Of a stretch of DNA of 32,000 nucleotides, positions 27,313 to 32,000 are shown one piece after another. Origin of the DNA: Caedimonas varicaedens. GTDB taxonomy: Bacteria; Pseudomonadota; Alphaproteobacteria; Caedimonadales; Caedimonadaceae. Where the stretch lies: positions 7,550 through 39,549 of the forward strand of contig BBVC01000002.1 of NCBI GenBank assembly GCA_001192655.1, in the 5' to 3' direction. Within the stretch, counting starts at the first letter, position 1. Each line of letters begins with the position of its first letter. The position numbers were made by a program, and so were the translations under genes. Under the pieces are notes generated by a model. The model made no database searches, was not told where the DNA came from, and saw only the letters and a program-made list of their open reading frames with translations.

Positions 27313-27793
27313 TTTACTGACGCAAAAAACTTTTAGAGCGATTGCTCCTAATTTTTTTATTTTTCTGATGAGTTTAGTTCCCTTTCTTTTTTTACCCCTT
27401 ACCCATCTTTTCCTGCCCAATCTGGGAATAGGTGCCCTTTATTTCTGGGCTGTATATTGTCCAGAAAAGATCTCTCTCTGGGTTATTTTTGGATCAGGGC
27501 TTTTACAGGATGGTCTTTTTGGAACTCCATTGGGACTTTTTGGATGTTTAAATTTGCTTTTCTGGATTCTTACAATTGCCCATCGCAAATATCTTTTTAA
27601 AAGGTCATTTTTGATGGGATGGTTTGGTTTTTTCATCCTTTATTCGGTTACTTTTATTCTAAAAGAGTGTGTCATTTGGGCTTTACAACGTCCCCTTTAT
27701 TCTGAAAGTATGATGCTTGAGGGGCTTACCTCTCTTTTGAGCTATCCCTTTGTTGCAATAGTTTGTCTCTACGTTCATCGAAAATCCTCATAA
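27305..27793 (+). CDS. mreD: Rod-shape-determining protein MreD
   Basis: Small polytopic membrane protein between mreC and mrdA. Start candidates are ATG 27305 (ATGACTGA overlap with the mreC stop), ATG 27290 and TTG 27263. Confidence 0.8.
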   Translation: MTDLLTQKTFRAIAPNFFIFLMSLVPFLFLPLTHLFLPNLGIGALYFWAVYCPEKISLWVIFGSGLLQDGLFGTPLGLFGCLNLLFWILTIAHRKYLFKRSFLMGWFGFFILYSVTFILKECVIWALQRPLYSESMMLEGLTSLLSYPFVAIVCLYVHRKSS

Positions 27794-27796
27794 GCG

Positions 27797-29614
27797 ATGA
27801 AGAGACAAACAACTTCTCAGGATACGCGCACATTATTTACACGCAGGGCAATTGTAATGGGTGGCGTGAAAGGAGTGCTTACAGCATTGCTTATGGGACG
27901 TCTTGGATACCTTGGACTTGTTCGATCTCCCCATTATCAGACACTGGCTAATGGCAACCGCATCAAATTACAAATCATTCTCCCTCAGCGAGGTTTGATC
28001 GTCGACCGGATAGGACTTGAGCTTGCAAATAATACGACGAACTATTGTTTAACATTAACGCTTGAACAAGTGAGCAACCTTGAAGAAACTCTCAGAAGAA
28101 TAGATCAGTTCATTAGTCTTTCCCCCAAATCTATCGAGACCCTTCAGACTGAAATCAAACAAACGCCCAAATTCAAGCCTTTTATATTAAAAAATAACCT
28201 GAATTGGGACGAAGTTTGCAAGATACAGGTCAATCGGCCAGAACTGAATGGTATAAATGTAGAAATGGGATATAAGCGCCATTATCCGCTGGCTTCTGAA
28301 TTTGCTCATTTGATCGGGTTTGTGCAAGCGCCTTCTGATCATGACGATGTGTCAGAGGAATTGGCGAATCTCCCAGATTACCGAATTGGACGAACAGGTC
28401 TTGAACAACAATATGAATGTCGATTACAGGGCAAAGCAGGATACCGAGAGATTGAAGTAAATGCCCATCGGCGCGTTGTGCGTCATCTCAGAAAAATTGA
28501 AAGTACATCAGGATCTATACTTAATCTCAGCTTGAATGCAGAATTGCAAAAAGCCGCCTTTCAAAGATTATCTGAAGAAAAAAGCGGGGCAGCTGTCGTC
28601 ATGAATATTAAAACAGGAGAAGTTCTAAGCTGCATTTCCACGCCGAGTTTTGATTCTAATCTTTTTGTCAATGGGATCGGGCATGAAGACTGGAATACCC
28701 TCAATAATAGTCTATACACTCCTCTCACTAACAAAGCCATTCAGGGAGTTTATCCGCCTGGCTCTATTTTTAAGCTTGTTGTGGCTCTGGCGGCTCTTGA
28801 AACAGGAAAAATCTCACCGTCCCGTGAATCTTTTTGCAAGGGGTTTGTTGACGTGGGAACGCATCGTTTCCATTGTGTACACAGAACAGGACACGGTCGT
28901 GTGGATATGGTGCGCGCCTTGCAAATGTCCTGTGATACATATTTTTATGAATTAGCTCCTCTTATAGGGATAGATTGCATTGCCGACATGGCTTTTAAAA
29001 TGGGTTTGGGAGAAAAAACAGGAATTGAATTACCCAATGAGAAAAAAGGGCTTGTTGCAACTCGTTCCTGGAAAAAAATGAAGTTGAATCAATCTTGGAC
29101 AATTGGCGACACGATCAACGCCAGTATTGGTCAAGGAGCAATGCTCAGTACTCCCCTGCAAATGACAATGTTGATGGCGCGCGTCTTAACAGGAACAGCT
29201 GTCATTCCCACCCTTCTTTATCAAAATAACAGGGATGCTGTTCATTTTAGCGGACTTTCCCTTAATCCTGGAAATTTGGAAGTTTTAAAAAAAGGAATGG
29301 ATGCGTGTGTCAATGATCCCTGGGGGTCGGCTTATGCTTCACGAATCGAAGAGCCTCTCCATAAAATAGGAGGGAAAACAGCCACCAGCCAGGTCAGGAG
29401 AATTTCAAAGTTTGAGCGCCAAACACGTGTCCTGAAAAATGAAGAGATAGAATGGAAACGACGAGATCATAGCATTTTTGCAGGTTATGCGCCTATTCAT
29501 GCTCCCCTCTATGCTACTTGTGTTTTGGTGGAACATGGGGGGGGAGGCGGTCGTACGGCGACTCCCATTGCACGAGATATTTTATGGGCTGTTCAAAAGG
29601 AGCAAAAAACTTGA
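27797..29614 (+). CDS. mrdA: Penicillin-binding protein 2 (elongasome transpeptidase)
   Basis: N-terminal TM anchor, PBP dimerisation region, and the motifs SIFK and SCD. The third box reads KTA rather than K(T/S)G. Lies between mreD and rodA. Confidence 0.93.
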   Translation: MKRQTTSQDTRTLFTRRAIVMGGVKGVLTALLMGRLGYLGLVRSPHYQTLANGNRIKLQIILPQRGLIVDRIGLELANNTTNYCLTLTLEQVSNLEETLRRIDQFISLSPKSIETLQTEIKQTPKFKPFILKNNLNWDEVCKIQVNRPELNGINVEMGYKRHYPLASEFAHLIGFVQAPSDHDDVSEELANLPDYRIGRTGLEQQYECRLQGKAGYREIEVNAHRRVVRHLRKIESTSGSILNLSLNAELQKAAFQRLSEEKSGAAVVMNIKTGEVLSCISTPSFDSNLFVNGIGHEDWNTLNNSLYTPLTNKAIQGVYPPGSIFKLVVALAALETGKISPSRESFCKGFVDVGTHRFHCVHRTGHGRVDMVRALQMSCDTYFYELAPLIGIDCIADMAFKMGLGEKTGIELPNEKKGLVATRSWKKMKLNQSWTIGDTINASIGQGAMLSTPLQMTMLMARVLTGTAVIPTLLYQNNRDAVHFSGLSLNPGNLEVLKKGMDACVNDPWGSAYASRIEEPLHKIGGKTATSQVRRISKFERQTRVLKNEEIEWKRRDHSIFAGYAPIHAPLYATCVLVEHGGGGGRTATPIARDILWAVQKEQKT

Positions 29615-30738
29615 TCCGATTTCCTTTTTCATCTTTTCAAAAATTAAGACAAGTGAATGGTTGGATCATTGGTATCCTCGTCCTCATTGCCAGCATTGGT
29701 TTTGTGGTTCTTTATTCAGCAGCAGGGGGAAACTTTTTTCCCTGGACAGAAAAGCAAATGATTCGATTCCTGGCAGGACTTGTTGTTTTAATAGCTATTG
29801 CTGTTATTGATTTGCGCGTCTGGCTCACACAATCCTACATTCTTTATATTGTCTCTCTCGTTATGTTATTCGCCGTAGAGATTGCAGGTCGTATTGGAAT
29901 GGGCGCCCAGCGGTGGATTGATTTATACGTTTTTAATATTCAGCCTTCCGAACTGATCAAAATCACTTTGCTGATGGCTTTGGGGCGCTATTTTCATGAA
30001 ATGACTTTGGAAGATATTCGAAAGCTAAGATATTTGATTGTTCCCGCACTAATGACAATTGTGCCTGCATTATTGGTTATGCGCCAGCCTGACCTAGGAA
30101 CAGCCATTCTTTTGCTCTTTGCAGGGGGAACAATCTTTTTTGTAGCAGGTATCCGTTTATGGAAGGTGATGCTGATTTGCGTCGCGAGTCTTTCAGCCAT
30201 CCCTCTTTTATGGCACTTCATGTATGATTATCAAAAAGAACGTATTTTTACCTTTCTGGATCCGGAACGAGATCGCCTGGGGGCCGGGTATAATATTTTA
30301 CAGGCAAATATTGCCCTGGGATCAGGCGGCTTTCTGGGCAAAGGATTTCGATCTGGCAGTCAAAGCCATCTTAATTTTCTTCCTGAAAAGCAGACGGACT
30401 TTATTTTTGCTACTTACTGTGAAGAATTCGGCGTACTGGGGGGAGCAGTCCTTCTCTTTCTCTATATTTGTTTAATTATTTATGGTTATCGAGTCGCCCT
30501 GGCAAGCCGAAGTTCCTATGGGCGATTACTGGCAATGGGCTTGACAACACTTCTTTTTCTGTATGTTTTTATTAATATGGCGATGGTAATGAGGTTAGTT
30601 CCTGTGGTCGGCGTCCCTCTTCCTCTCGTTTCTTATGGTGGAACAGCCATGTTGACTGTCATGATGGGGATCGGCCTTCTCATGTCTATTGCCATTCATC
30701 GGGATGTACGGATTGGTCGTGCTGGAACTTTTTTGTAA
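29611..30738 (+). CDS. rodA: Peptidoglycan glycosyltransferase RodA (SEDS family)
   Basis: SEDS motifs QPSELIKI, LPEKQTDFIFA and PLPLVSYGG. Start set at TTG 29611 (AAGGAG SD 8 nt upstream, overlapping the mrdA stop). The tracked start at 29518 lies inside mrdA. Confidence 0.93.
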   Translation: MIRFPFSSFQKLRQVNGWIIGILVLIASIGFVVLYSAAGGNFFPWTEKQMIRFLAGLVVLIAIAVIDLRVWLTQSYILYIVSLVMLFAVEIAGRIGMGAQRWIDLYVFNIQPSELIKITLLMALGRYFHEMTLEDIRKLRYLIVPALMTIVPALLVMRQPDLGTAILLLFAGGTIFFVAGIRLWKVMLICVASLSAIPLLWHFMYDYQKERIFTFLDPERDRLGAGYNILQANIALGSGGFLGKGFRSGSQSHLNFLPEKQTDFIFATYCEEFGVLGGAVLLFLYICLIIYGYRVALASRSSYGRLLAMGLTTLLFLYVFINMAMVMRLVPVVGVPLPLVSYGGTAMLTVMMGIGLLMSIAIHRDVRIGRAGTFL

Positions 30739-30960
30739 TAATCATGCAACTTCTTTCTTTTATATGTTACTTAATGAAAGAAGTTATTAACGGATTAATA
30801 CTTCATTAAATTTTCTTGTGTGAAGCTGGCTTTAAGGTAGAACAACACTAGACATGCCACTCGCTTACAAATCACAAATTTGGCAGTTAGACGGCCGAGA
30901 AAATATAGGAGTGATAGCCCAGAAGCCAGTAATGATAACCGATTAAAAGCTTAAGTAATA

Positions 30961-30996
30961 TGAGAGAACATTGATCTAGTGATCAATGTTCTCTCA
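30961..30996. repeat. Perfect 16-bp inverted repeat with a 4-nt spacer
   Basis: TGAGAGAACATTGATC-tagt-GATCAATGTTCTCTCA, between the convergent rodA and CsbD-like genes. It is a probable strong terminator hairpin or a protein-binding palindrome. Confidence 0.6.
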
Positions 30997-31002
30997 CTCT
31001 AA

Positions 31003-31025
31003 ATAAAACCGAACGTTTTCGTTCT
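31003..31025 (-). terminator. Weak terminator hairpin at the CsbD-like gene stop
   Basis: On the minus strand it reads GAACG-aaaa-CGTTC followed by GGTTTTATTT. Confidence 0.4.
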
Positions 31026-31344
31026 ATTTATTCAACTTATCCAGAAGAATATTAATTTTCTCTTCGATCATTTCTTTCGTTTCACCATATTTTTCCTGAA
31101 TTAAACCAATCAGTTGATCTCTTTTACCCTTTACTTTTTCCAAATCCTGATCAGTAAGGTTTCCCCAACTCTCTTTAAGATGCCCTACCAGCTGATTCCA
31201 TTTTCCTAATAATTTATCGTCACTCATTTCTTTTTTTTCCTTTATTTTGAGGGTTTCTTTACTTTCATTTTTCTCTTCTGCATAGGATAAACTTGAAAAG
31301 GTCAAGCAAGACAGAAGAGAAATAATGAGAAAACGTTTTGTCAT
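31024..31344 (-). CDS. CsbD-family stress-response protein with an N-terminal signal peptide
   Basis: The C-terminal KWNQLVGHLKESWGNLTDQDLEKVKGKRDQLIGLIQEKYGETKE matches the CsbD repeat pattern. The N-terminus MTKRFLIISLLSCLTFSSLSYA looks like a Sec signal. Confidence 0.8.
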   Translation of the reverse strand: MTKRFLIISLLSCLTFSSLSYAEEKNESKETLKIKEKKEMSDDKLLGKWNQLVGHLKESWGNLTDQDLEKVKGKRDQLIGLIQEKYGETKEMIEEKINILLDKLNK

Positions 31345-31711
31345 AAATTTTTCCTTTTTACAAAAAATGAATTAATACATGATTTTATCTTACCCTAAAT
31401 CAGACACTGTGTCTTCAATGTTTTTTGGGGAAAACTATATAATATAAGTAAAATGAGCATCTTATCCATGTTTTAAAAACTCTCTAACTTTCTCTATCGT
31501 CTATCCGCATGCCACATAAAATAGTTCTTTTCTTTTAGAATGCCATGGTCTATAACGCTTTTGATTGACTGGAGAGTTGAAAGAATTCTTTTCTAAAGCT
31601 TCTCTTATACATAAAGTGGTAAGATGCCTGTTTTAAGAAGAGAATAGGGTAGAATGAGTTTTAAAAAACATACCTCAACTCTTGTATCTCTTCTCAGTTC
31701 TTGAAAGTATG

Positions 31712-31787
31712 GCCGGATTAGCTCAGCTGGTAGAGCAACTGATTTGTAATCAGTAGGTCGTTGGTTCGAATCCGACATCCGGCACCA
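31712..31787 (+). tRNA. tRNA-Thr (anticodon TGT)
   Basis: Hand-folded cloverleaf. Acceptor stem GCCGGAT/ATCCGGC; D arm GCTC-AGCTGGTA-GAGC. Anticodon arm ACTGA-TTTGTAA-TCAGT; T arm GTTGG-TTCGAAT-CCGAC. Discriminator A and an encoded CCA. Confidence 0.93.
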
Positions 31788-32000
31788 GAAAATACAATAC
31801 TTCTAGCTATTTTTAAGATTATCTAAAAACAATAGGGTATACTCTGGGTATACTTTAGAATGAAAGCAGTAGTGTATTAAGATAATTTTCGTTTCTTCAT
31901 TCCCTGAAATGATTAATGGATTTTGATTAAGGTATTCCCCGCCCCCTCTGAAGGGTTCAAACGATTTCAGGATATTTATAGTAATATAGCTAACAACATA

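Noticed and set aside
29518-29610. RodA N-terminal extension (tracked start at 29518)
   Set aside because: It lies inside mrdA. TTG 29611 with an AAGGAG SD gives a ~375-aa RodA of normal length.
30854-30946. 30-aa ORF MPLAYKSQIWQLDGRENIGVIAQKPVMITD, faintly reminiscent of a Phd/YefM antitoxin N-terminus
   Set aside because: It is too short, has no SD and no partner toxin ORF. At best it is a decayed remnant, which cannot be supported from the sequence alone.

Overview
The window reads as a chromosomal segment of a moderately AT-rich alphaproteobacterium. This is inferred from gene content and order: DUF3576-like lipoprotein-leuS-lptE, rpmF-plsX-fabH, a 7Fe ferredoxin, a MidA/NDUFAF7-type methyltransferase, and an ibpA with a ROSE-like leader. 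Most of it is densely packed housekeeping. That includes leuS/lptE, a porin, rpmF-plsX-fabH-fdxA, a three-gene ZnuABC/TroA-type metal ABC importer, ibpA, a nucleoside hydrolase, pgeF, lgt, hldD and ampG. It also includes a DUF1284 protein, an ArnT-like GT39 glycosyltransferase, miaA, the full rod-shape cluster mreBCD-mrdA-rodA, a CsbD-like protein and tRNA-Thr(TGT). I found no rRNA, CRISPR array, transposase, integrase or recognisable defence genes. The only accessory-looking stretch is about 10.75-13.9 kb, between the metal transporter and ibpA. It holds an orphan 89-aa Cys/His ORF, a roughly 0.5-kb non-coding locus full of direct and inverted repeats and strong hairpins, and two more AT-rich genes for Sec-signal proteins of unknown function. 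That non-coding locus could be a large structured RNA on the + strand or nested TA-flanked MITE-like palindromic elements; I cannot decide which from the sequence alone. Other items worth a second look are an 82-aa protein with 13 Trp that otherwise resembles a stand-alone Lrp/AsnC RAM domain, and an unannotated 36-aa transmembrane micro-ORF that exactly fills the fdxA-ABC gap. A ROSE-like thermometer sits ahead of ibpA, and lptE is missing from the ORF track because it runs off the window. I cannot claim a clearly defined novel multi-gene system here. The 10.75-13.9 kb islet and the Trp-rich protein are the best leads.
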